Below, in pieces: positions 55,652 to 64,000 of a stretch of DNA of 64,000 nt. Where the stretch lies: assembly GCA_963790475.1 (NCBI GenBank), contig CAWBOS010000010.1:1696001-1760000 (forward strand), written 5' to 3'. Source of the DNA: an uncultured delta proteobacterium (GTDB lineage: Bacteria > Desulfobacterota > RBG-13-43-22). Made by a program: the position numbers and the translations under genes. Position 1 is the first letter of the stretch. Every line of letters starts with the position of its first letter. The notes under the pieces were generated by a model. That model saw only the letters and a program-made list of their open reading frames with translations, was not told the origin of the DNA and did not search any database.

Positions 55652-56401
55652 ATGAAATTAAGAGGATTAGTAGTAGCCGGTTTTTTGACTTTGACTTTGA
55701 TTTTGGCCTCTCGGGCGTGGTCGGCAACCGGCATGGAAATGGTCCTGGTCAAGGGCGGTTGTTATCAGATGGGTGATACCTTCGGGGATGGATTTACGGA
55801 TGAGAAGCCGGTCCATGAGGTCTGCGTCGATGATTTTTATCTCGGGAAGTATGAGGTCACCCAGGGGCAATGGCAGGCGGTTATGGGGAATAACCCGGCT
55901 GATTTTAAAAATGGGGACAATTATCCGGTTGAGAATATTAGTTGGAATAATGCCCGGGAATTTATTCAAAAACTAAATCAAAAAGCCGGGAAAAGGTATC
56001 GCCTGCCCACAGAAGCCGAATGGGAATATGCGGCCCGGAGCGGGGGGAGTGGTGAGAAATGGGCCGGGACCAGCAATGAATCAGAGCTTGGGGACTATGC
56101 CTGGTATTACGCGAATTCGGGAAACAAGACCCACTCGGTAGGGGAGAAGAGGCCGAATGGTCTGGGCTTGTATGATATGAGCGGCAATGTCTGGGAGTGG
56201 TGTCAGGACATTTATAATGCTCATGCTTACAAAGAACATTCCCAGACTAACCCTATATATGTGGGTTCAGAGGCAAGCCGTGTGCTCCGGGGGGGAAGCT
56301 GGATCGACAAACCAAGGGGCCTGCGGGTTCCCTGCCGTGGCGACAACGCGCCCGACTTCAAACGCTACGACATCGGCTTGCGCCTTGCAGAACCGAAGTA
56401 A
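55652..56401 (+). CDS. Secreted FGE-sulfatase-domain (C-type lectin fold) protein
   Basis: Signal peptide; GKYEVTQ, RLPTEAEWEYAAR, PNGLGLYDMSGNVWEW, RGGSW, IGLRLA; lacks the FGE catalytic Cys pair. Confidence 0.92.
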   Translation: MKLRGLVVAGFLTLTLILASRAWSATGMEMVLVKGGCYQMGDTFGDGFTDEKPVHEVCVDDFYLGKYEVTQGQWQAVMGNNPADFKNGDNYPVENISWNNAREFIQKLNQKAGKRYRLPTEAEWEYAARSGGSGEKWAGTSNESELGDYAWYYANSGNKTHSVGEKRPNGLGLYDMSGNVWEWCQDIYNAHAYKEHSQTNPIYVGSEASRVLRGGSWIDKPRGLRVPCRGDNAPDFKRYDIGLRLAEPK

Positions 56402-56761
56402 CCTTATGGATTATTACCTTTTTACCTTTTGAAAGTTTTTCCTCCAATTTATACAAAGTGTATATAGGCGTTATTATTTTATGGCGGCATTGTGTGACCA
56501 TGCCCTTCTTCCTCGCTCGTCTCAATTATTAACTACAATATGGCAAGCTGAAATCCTCAGAGCTCCTTAATGAAACTTAACCTTGTCCACTTTTTCGGGG
56601 AAGGTCAATCAATAATCATTAAAACAGATCAATTGCCGAATATACAGGCGGGCATTAAAAATACCTGCCTTTTATCCAAAAAATACTTTGATCACAGTAT
56701 TTACGTAGGCCTATTTTGCGAATAATTATTATTTTAATATCGGATAGGAAAGGGAACCAGG

Positions 56762-56870
56762 ATGAGAATACTTCTACGGGCGAGAATTCCCACCAAGAGT
56801 TCAATGCTGCTGTTCGAGACGGTAGCGTGGGAGGAAAAATAAAATAAATTCTAAGTGAAACAAAGCCTGT
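56762..56870 (+). pseudogene. Remnant of a small conserved hypothetical protein
   Basis: With one frameshift reads MRILLRARIP(H)QEFNAAVRDGSVGGKIK*ILSETKP. Confidence 0.4.
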
Positions 56871-56921
56871 ACCCTCTATTGGAGATAAAGCGGAGTTTCC
56901 CGGTATGCAGGATATAGATCA

Positions 56922-57680
56922 ATGATTACTATCGACCAATCTGGTTTTATTGGGAAGGGATTTCATAGGGAATGCTATAGACACCCCGAGAATAAGAATC
57001 GCTGCATCAAAGTGATTTGGGCCGGTCACCCCAAAGAAAGCCAACGCGAGAAAAGGTACTACAGACACCTTGAAACAAGAGGAATTTCCTGGGATATGAT
57101 TCCCAGGTATTATGGTGACATTCAAACAAATCTGGGTCCAGGTTCTGTTTTCGATTTGATTGTCGATCACGACTTTGTAGTATCAAAAAGTTTGGAATAT
57201 TACTTGTCCTCAGAAGAGAAAACAAAAACATATTATGACAGCCTGTCAAATTCATTATATTTACTGAAAGACTATTTATTTCAAAATCTGATCATAACAC
57301 AAAATCTGGCACTTAGTAACATTCTGTGTCGAAAGACTGAGTTTGGAATTTCTCGATTATTTATTGTCGATAACATAGGTAATACGGATTTCATCCCGAT
57401 TTGCACTTACAATAATTATTTTGCAGTGAGAAAAATATCCAGAAAATGGCAACGCTTTGAGGACAGCATGTTGAATTCCTACAAGCATAACAATGCGCTG
57501 CATCGGATGCTCACAAGTTTGCAACACAGAGCTCTACCGATATCACCGTCACTTCATCCAATTTCAATGAAATCACGCTACAAAGATGCTCATTTGGCGT
57601 CAGACTCCCTCTGCCAATATGTGAAGTTTAGCCGGCAATCTTTAAGGCTGAATTATACGCAGCCTCATTTCTCGGACTAA
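56922..57680 (+). CDS. YrbL-like (PhoP regulatory network) kinase-fold protein
   Basis: IGKGFHRECYRHP..RCIKV, RYYG.IQTNLG.G.VFDLI, NIL, IVDNIG; AT-rich. Confidence 0.75.
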   Translation: MITIDQSGFIGKGFHRECYRHPENKNRCIKVIWAGHPKESQREKRYYRHLETRGISWDMIPRYYGDIQTNLGPGSVFDLIVDHDFVVSKSLEYYLSSEEKTKTYYDSLSNSLYLLKDYLFQNLIITQNLALSNILCRKTEFGISRLFIVDNIGNTDFIPICTYNNYFAVRKISRKWQRFEDSMLNSYKHNNALHRMLTSLQHRALPISPSLHPISMKSRYKDAHLASDSLCQYVKFSRQSLRLNYTQPHFSD

Positions 57681-58009
57681 GCGGCTGTTTTGTAAAGCAC
57701 GGAGGAAACGATCTCCTGGATTTCCTTCGGAGTAGTGGCACTGAGGGCCTCCTTGGCCAGGGCTTCCGCCCGGTCTATTGTAATCTGACGGATGGCGTGA
57801 CGTACGCCCGCAACTTGGATTTTTCTTTCCATCCAAGACGCCAGTCCGATCGGTATCAAATACAGGAGGGGAAAGCGGATATCTCGCCCTGTGGTAAAGT
57901 CAACGAGCAAGGTGACCAGAGTAATGAATATGCAAATAGTCGATGGGTTTTTTCGGGTAATCTGGACCACAAATCGCATAGGTCGTTTCATGGGCGCACT
58001 CCTCTTCAT
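57677..58009 (-). pseudogene. Probable chimeric remnant: membrane-sensor-like N-terminus joined to a PTS enzyme I-like C-terminal helix
   Basis: LVDFTTG.DIRFPLLYLIP followed by VRHAIRQITIDRAEALAKEALSATTPKEI. Confidence 0.35.
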
Positions 58010-58060
58010 ACTTCACAGGGCCGACTTATTTGTTTAGATTGCTCTATCAGACAGAAAAAA

Positions 58061-58178
58061 ATTTTGTTAAGTTAAAAATATAAACCTTTTGCTTCCGATT
58101 TTATAAAGTTCTTTTGTTCCACAAACAGGTTAATAAATTTGACTTAACAAAATCACATCCGGTCTATCCGGGAATAAG
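58061..58178. promoter_or_regulatory. Conserved AT-rich intergenic element, copy B
   Basis: Perfect 12-bp inverted repeat ATTTTGTTAAGT (58061)/ACTTAACAAAAT (58142); homologous to 48914-49042. Confidence 0.6.
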
Positions 58179-58249
58179 GCTCCCCTAAAAGCCAGCAGGA
58201 GTCCGGTTTTACCATCTACAATGAACGAATCCTCAAGGAAATTGATGCC

Positions 58250-58539
58250 ATGTCTCAACTAAGAATGAATAAACTTCTTGAAGAGATATTTGCATCCACC
58301 TTTTTCCCATATCAGCCGCCATGGTCGGGGTATGCCTGACGGTAATCGGACTTATCCGCGTTTTTATTTCCGTCCAGAAGATCGATACCTTGGCCGACGA
58401 TCTTCTGGCTGTAGAGGCCCTTCTCTTTCTCTGTTCCTGTCTTTGTGCTTATTGGGTCTTACCGATGCGTAGTATTCGTAGAAGGCAACGCCTGGAAGCG
58501 GTTGCCGACCTCTTTTTTGTGAGATGGATTCGGGACTGA
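58250..58539 (+). pseudogene. Small integral membrane protein, 5' part degenerate
   Basis: SAAMVGVCLTVIGLIR...DTLADDLLA..ALLFL.SC..AYW. Confidence 0.5.
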
Positions 58540-58573
58540 AAAAGTCTGAATCTCCCCTAATGGAATCGAAATC

Positions 58574-60106
58574 TCAATCTAATTGAAAAGTCACATAGTA
58601 GAGTTTTGTCCCCCGTTCCACTTGTAGAACCAAGTAACTACCGGGTTTCAGATGATGCAATGCAGAATTAAGCGACTCGATGTTGTTGATGGCGACTCCA
58701 TTCAGGGCATGAATGATGTCCCCTGGGAGCAGGGGGTTCTTAGCCCCTCCCACCGAGGCGATTTTGGCTACCACGATGACTCCGGAGTCCAACCGAATCC
58801 CGGGAAGTAGCGGAAGGACCTTGGGATCGACATTGAGGCCCACAATCCCCATTCTTCGCACCCGGTTTTTCTCAGGGTCCGCCATGTCAAACAAGCGATC
58901 TACATTTTCATGCTGTTCGGTGACCCTGACTTCGAAGGACAACTTCTCAGTTCCTCTAAGGACTTCCATTTTAAGGTTCTCCCCGGGGGTGACCAGAAAG
59001 AAACTGATCCCGAAAAGAGGAAGATTGTCGACCGGTCTCCCCTTGACCGTCAGTATGATGTCCTGAACTTTAAGTCCCGCCTCATCGGCGGGAGATCCAG
59101 GGAAAACATCGCTGATAATGACCCCCCAGTCTCTGGGAAGGCCGAGGGCGGTAGCCATCCCCGGTGAGATGGATTGAACCTTAATGCCGATTACTCCACG
59201 GTGTAGGTGACCGTATTGACGGAGTTGAGGATAGACGAAGCTGACGATGGCACTGGGAATGGCGAATCCCAAGGCCTCATTTCCTCCGGACTGAGAAAGG
59301 ATGAAAGTATTGATCCCCATCAGTTCTCCATTCACGTTTACCAGCGGACCACCGCTATTGCCGGGATTGATGGCGGCGTCTGTTTGAATGAAAACCAATG
59401 GACTGTCGGGATCGAGTTGACGGGCGACCGCACTCACCACCCCCATCGAGACGGAGTTCCGCAGTCCGCTGGGACTGCCAAAAGTGAAAACGATCTCTCC
59501 CTGCCTAAGACTTTCGTAATTTCCAATGGGCAATGCCGGCAGTCCCTTGGCCTCCACCTTCAGTAACGCCAGATCCAATTCGTTTGAGACTCCAATTACC
59601 CGCGCATCAAGGGTGCGCTCCAGCAAGGCAGAGCGTGAAAAGGCGGAATCCCCCTCATCCCCCAAAGAGGTCAAAACCACCTGGACCCGGTGCTCACCAC
59701 TGATGACATGGGCATTGGTTACGATATATCCATCAGAATCGATGATAGCCCCGGATCCGATGACACGCTGCATTCCAAAAACCAAATTTGCCTCTCTATG
59801 ACTTTGTTCATCCAAAGGTCTGAATCCTGTGACCAGCACCTGCACCACACTCGGGGAAACTTTTTTTACAAGGGCCTCCACAGAATTATTGAATTGATTG
59901 AGGGCGTCAGGAGCCTGAGCCTTCAGGGCAGATTGGGCCTGTATTTCTCCCGCCAGGAGGCCACAACACAAAAGGCTGATTACCATTGGTCCAGGTCGAA
60001 TATTCCGCAGTCGAAACAAAAGTCCTTGAACCTGGTTCCACATAAAATTGCCAATGTTTCGATCTGAATTCTCTACATTATTTTTATCTATATTTTTATC
60101 TATCAT
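58574..60106 (-). CDS. HtrA/DegP-family serine protease with two PDZ domains
   Basis: TNAHV, DLALLK, QTDAAINPGNSGGPL, SPADEAGL; exact start uncertain. Confidence 0.93.
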   Translation of the reverse strand: MIDKNIDKNNVENSDRNIGNFMWNQVQGLLFRLRNIRPGPMVISLLCCGLLAGEIQAQSALKAQAPDALNQFNNSVEALVKKVSPSVVQVLVTGFRPLDEQSHREANLVFGMQRVIGSGAIIDSDGYIVTNAHVISGEHRVQVVLTSLGDEGDSAFSRSALLERTLDARVIGVSNELDLALLKVEAKGLPALPIGNYESLRQGEIVFTFGSPSGLRNSVSMGVVSAVARQLDPDSPLVFIQTDAAINPGNSGGPLVNVNGELMGINTFILSQSGGNEALGFAIPSAIVSFVYPQLRQYGHLHRGVIGIKVQSISPGMATALGLPRDWGVIISDVFPGSPADEAGLKVQDIILTVKGRPVDNLPLFGISFFLVTPGENLKMEVLRGTEKLSFEVRVTEQHENVDRLFDMADPEKNRVRRMGIVGLNVDPKVLPLLPGIRLDSGVIVVAKIASVGGAKNPLLPGDIIHALNGVAINNIESLNSALHHLKPGSYLVLQVERGTKLYYVTFQLD

Positions 60107-60374
60107 CGCCCACCTCTTTGGTAACTTCTTGTCCGAAAGTGCAAGTAAGAGTTAAGAGCAGACGCCTTAATTTATGATCTACCTTTATTGCTTTCTCCCG
60201 TTCTCTTTATATTCTTCATAGCTGGGGAGTTTTTGGGACACCAGCTCATTGGAAAGATTGACAATCTGTTCCCGTTGTTTTAAGACTTCGTAAACCCCTT
60301 CATAAACCTTTTCTTTGGATGCGGACTCGGCCACTATGAAAATAAAGAAAAGTATGGGATTAATTTGAAGGTGC

Positions 60375-60566
60375 TCATATTTTGAATTCCGGCAACTTAT
60401 ATTTTGCCCGGATCTCAGCTCCTTTATCCTCAGGGATGGATTTCATATAGGCCTTCCAGCCTGGGCACCAATTGATATGCCACCGCCAGAAACGACCCAG
60501 GAATGATTTGGGATTTCGATCAAATTTTGCCCGCCAGGAACATTGATCGCATTTGGGGTCGGCCAT
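60375..60566 (-). CDS. Small conserved-looking Cys/Trp-rich protein
   Basis: AAGGAG RBS; CDQC..RAKFD.NPKS..GRFWRWHINWCPGWKAY. Confidence 0.7.
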   Translation of the reverse strand: MADPKCDQCSWRAKFDRNPKSFLGRFWRWHINWCPGWKAYMKSIPEDKGAEIRAKYKLPEFKI

Positions 60567-60723
60567 GTCGAAGTCTCCTTTCTCTGTATACGATTATGAG
60601 GATAGAAAATTATAAGAAATGGATCAAGGGTGGTCAAGGAAAATTCCAAATGAAAAAATCTTCGTATTACTTTTTTTAACTTTTAGTAGAAAATTCTGAT
60701 ATGTTAAAAAGCTAAAAAACGAT

Positions 60724-60900
60724 TGAGGACTCGGAATAAGTCGTCACCCCTCTATGTTGAAAACCGGTCCCGCCAAAGGGCGGGATGGATACCGGCTTTC
60801 GCCGGTATGACGGCGTTGATGGCACTTCCAGGAATTGCGACACAGCCTCCTCGCCGGAATGACAAGGACAGGCCTTTGGCGGCTTTTTACAAGTCCATCA
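60724..60900. mobile_element. Degenerate MITE/REP-like element, same family as 26832
   Basis: ATACCGGCTTTCGCCGGTAT palindrome; right end TTTTTACAAGTCCATC. Confidence 0.55.
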
Positions 60901-60973
60901 AGATTAAAAGTTCCCCCCAAAAAACACCGATCATCGGTTTCGGATTACAACCGATCTGATGAAAAGGAGAAAT

Positions 60974-63401
60974 ATGTCTAATAGAGCCTTAGAAGGTATT
61001 AAGGTGGTGGAATATGCCACCATGGTTTCCGGCCCCTATTGCGGAAAATTATTAGCGGACCTGGGGGCCGATATCATCAAAGTGGAACCGCCTGAAGGCG
61101 ATCCCTCCCGCCGCTGCGGCCCTTTTCCTAAAGAGGGAAAACACCCGGAAAAAAGCGCCCTCTTTCTCTATGCCAACACCAGCAAGCGCGGCATGACCCT
61201 GGATCTTGAAAAGCCGGAAGGACTCGAGGCCTTTAAAAAACTCCTCTGCTGGGCAGACGTTTTCATCGATAATCAGCCTGTCGGTTTTTTCGATCAGTAT
61301 AATCTTGGCTGGGAGGAAATTCACCGATTAAACCCCCGGCTTATTTATGCCTCCATCACCCCTTACGGCCGGACCGGCCCCAGGGCCAAGGCCAAAGGGG
61401 ATGAGCTGACGCTCATCCAGGCCGGTGGTGAGGGCAATCTCATACCGACCCGTTCCTTCGATTTGTCATTCCCTCCGGTCAAGTTCGGGGGATACCAGGT
61501 CGGCTATCACGGGGCCTTGAACGCGGCTGTGGGCATCATGGCCCTGATTTTAGGCGGAATGAAGACCGGTAAAGGACACCTGCTGGATATCTCTCTGCAG
61601 GAATGTGTTATCAACCTGCTCCCCGGAACTTTGCACAACCACCGCTACGACGGTTTCAACTGGGGCCGGGTCCCGGACCGGCCCCCGGCCATGGGCCGTA
61701 TGGAAACCAGTGACGGATATCATTACTCTGGGGGCCAATGACGATCACCATTTCCGGGCCCTGCGGGAACTGATGGGCAAACCGGACTGGCTGGCCGACG
61801 ACCGTTGGGATAACCGCGTTTATCGGGCCAACCATCTGATGGAAATCGCTCCTCAGTTGGATGCCTGGATGAAGCAACAGAAGAAACAGGATATCTACCA
61901 TAAGTTGGCCAAAGCGGGCATCCCGGTGGGGCCGATCAACTCAGCCGAAGAAGTCATGAACAATGAACAGTACAAAGCGCGAGGGTACTTCACCGAGGTC
62001 GACCATCCTGTAGCCGGTAAATACCAATATGCCGGTTGGCCTTACCGGTTGTCCGCTTCCCCGCCCAGGGTCTTCAGACCGGCCCCGCTCCTGGGACAGC
62101 ATAACGAAGAGGTCCGTCGGGAAATCCTCGACCAGGCCATAGAAGGGGCTGAGAAACCCGGCCAGGGCGCACCAGACCTGAAACTCCCTCTGCAGGGCCT
62201 GAGGGTCCTGGATTTTTCCTGGGTTTGGGCCGGTCCCTACGCCACCATGATGCTGGGCAATCTCGGGGCTGAAGTAATCAAAGTGGAAGGGCACGCCGAA
62301 CGGATATTGTTCGCCGGGCCGTCATGTGGCCCAGGTGGGAGCCGGAACCCCATCAGGTGCCGCCCAACCAGGGTTTGAGCTACAATTCCGTCAATCGGGA
62401 CAAGAAGAGTCTGACCCTGGACTTGAGCAAACCGGAAGGCATCCAACTGGCCAAGAGGCTGGCGGCTATGAGCGATATCGTCATCGATAACATGCGACCG
62501 GATGCCATGACCAAAATGGGTTTGGGTTACCAGGACCTGATCAAGATCAAACCGGACCTGATTGTGGTTTCCTCCTCCGGACGGGGTCATAATGGACCGG
62601 AAACGAACTATCTCGGTTTTGCCCAGATTCACCAGAGCGTCTCGGGTGTGGCTTATATATCCGGTTATCCGGAAGATCATCCCACCTTCGGGTCCCTGGG
62701 TCACACGGATATCACCAACGCCGTTACCACGGCCTTTGTCACCCTGGCCGCGATTCATCACCGGGAAAAGACGGGGGAAGGACAGTTCATCGATTATTCC
62801 CAGTGCGAAGGTTCGACCTGTCTGATCGGGGAGCAACTGCTCGGCTACCTGATGACCAACATTATTCCCGAACGCCAGGGCAACCGCCATCCCGAATATG
62901 CCCCGCATAATATGTATCAGTGCTGGGGCGTTGACCGTTGGCTGGCCCTGGAGGTCCATACCGATGAAGAATTCCGGGCCCTGACCCGGGTCATGAACAA
63001 ACCTGAGTTAGCCGACGATCCTCGGTTTGCCCGGCAGGTCCCCCGAAAGAAAAATGAAAAAGAACTGGATGGCATCATCGGGGAATGGACCCGCCAAAGA
63101 GACCGGGATTGGATGGTCGAGGAAATGTTAAAAGCCGGTCTGGCCGCCGCACCCTCACGGGACGCCGAAGATATTTATGCCGATCGTCACCTGAAGGCCC
63201 GGAATTTCTTCCTCAAGATTCAACATCCCGAACTGGGAGAACTGGAATTGGCCGGATTGCCCTGGAAAATCAGCGACACCGAATTGACCAGCCGGTCATG
63301 CCCCTTTGCTGGGGGAGCATAATCAATACGTGCTGCAGGGACTCCTGGGCTTAAGTGAATCGGAAATAGTCACTCTTCGTGCCAAAGATATTATCATGTA
63401 A
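60974..63401 (+). pseudogene. Fused two-domain family III (CaiB/BaiF) CoA-transferase with three indels (about 61720, 62295, 63295)
   Basis: LEGIKVVE..SGPYCGKLLADLGA and LQGLRVLDFSWVWAGP; PAPLLGQHN and APLLGEHN; homology is continuous across frames. Confidence 0.85.
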
Positions 63402-63480
63402 AGGAAGTGGGAGAATACCGTTCGTCGGACAGCTAGAAAAACCTGAACATAACCACATAAACGTGATATAATCTGACAAT

Positions 63481-63753
63481 ATGAAAATCGAATGGGACCC
63501 AAGAAAGGCTAAATCCAATATAAAGAAACACGGAGTTTCATTTGAGGAGGCAGCAACCGCCTTAAGTGATCCCATGGCCGCAACTGGTGTCGATCCTGAC
63601 CATTCCATAAGTGAAGAACGTTATATTACCTTCGGTATTTCAGAAAAAGGTCGACTTGTGGTGGTATCTCACACCGAAAAGGACGAAGCAATTCGAATCA
63701 TAAGTACCCGCAAGGCGAGCAAAGGAGAAAGAGAACTCTATGAAGAAGGATAA
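63481..63753 (+). CDS. BrnT-family toxin
   Basis: IEWDP.KA..N.KKHGVSFEEA, DPDHS..EERY, IRIISTRKA...Y. Confidence 0.92.
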   Translation: MKIEWDPRKAKSNIKKHGVSFEEAATALSDPMAATGVDPDHSISEERYITFGISEKGRLVVVSHTEKDEAIRIISTRKASKGERELYEEG

Positions 63754-64000
63754 AGGACTTGATAAAGACGAATTGCGGGCTGAGTATAAGCGCTCTGATT
63801 TTAAAGGCGGCTTTGTACGAGGGAAGTACGCAAAACGTTTAAAAGAATCATCTAACGTGATTGTCCTCAGGCCGGAAGTCGCTCAGGCATTCCCGAATGA
63901 AGAAGCAGTGAATAATGCCCTTCTTACACTTATTGATATTGCTAATAAAACAACACGGCCCAAAAGACGCTCTACCGGGTCAAATGGAAATCGGGCTTCC
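63740..64000 (+). CDS. Cognate antitoxin, runs off the window edge
   Basis: Manual translation MKKDK..DELRAEYKRSDF.GG.VRGKYA..SNVIVL.PEVAQAFPNEEAVNNAL; overlaps the toxin stop codon. Confidence 0.85.
   Translation, partial: MKKDKGLDKDELRAEYKRSDFKGGFVRGKYAKRLKESSNVIVLRPEVAQAFPNEEAVNNALLTLIDIANKTTRPKRRSTGSNGNRAS

Noticed and set aside
60186-60360. Short open stretch on the minus strand upstream of degP
   Set aside because: No clear start codon or family motif; cannot be supported as a gene
1-64000. CRISPR array, tRNA/rRNA, integrase, transposase or reverse transcriptase
   Set aside because: No regularly spaced repeat-spacer units, cloverleafs or catalytic motifs were recognised by eye; the 7-mer tracts have no spacers
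1-64000. DGR template repeat matching the CLec gene
   Set aside because: The AACAAC/GTTGTT occurrences I inspected all lie in unrelated contexts; a proper alignment is still needed

Overview
Bacterial chromosomal DNA of roughly 50% GC; gene content suggests an anaerobic deltaproteobacterium/Desulfobacterota, possibly a MAG (inference). 1-4.7 kb holds a thiolase start, gatA, gatC, an HDAC-family deacetylase and malonyl-CoA decarboxylase. 5-23 kb holds lipid/ester hydrolases and an acyl-CoA ligase, interleaved with decayed STAND/TPR signalling genes. 23-33 kb holds a BrnT/BrnA pair, an ECH-ACAD-CitE-amidohydrolase operon, an M20 amidohydrolase and a TRAP transporter. 33-60 kb is an envelope-stress/efflux region: Spy/CpxP-like genes, mdtABC with an outer-membrane factor, a second RND pump, an OMP, a secreted FGE-sulfatase/CLec protein, a YrbL-like protein and DegP. 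60-64 kb holds a frameshifted two-domain family III CoA-transferase and a second BrnT pair. I saw no rRNA, tRNA, CRISPR array, transposase or reverse transcriptase. The three strongest leads are: (1) a DGR variable-region codon signature at the 3' end of the secreted CLec gene, with no TR or RT in the window; (2) a duplicated Spy-like gene + half-receiver microprotein + leader module, one copy directly ahead of an RND operon; (3) a repeated ~120-bp element in divergent intergenic regions. All family calls come from motif recognition by eye; no database searches were run.
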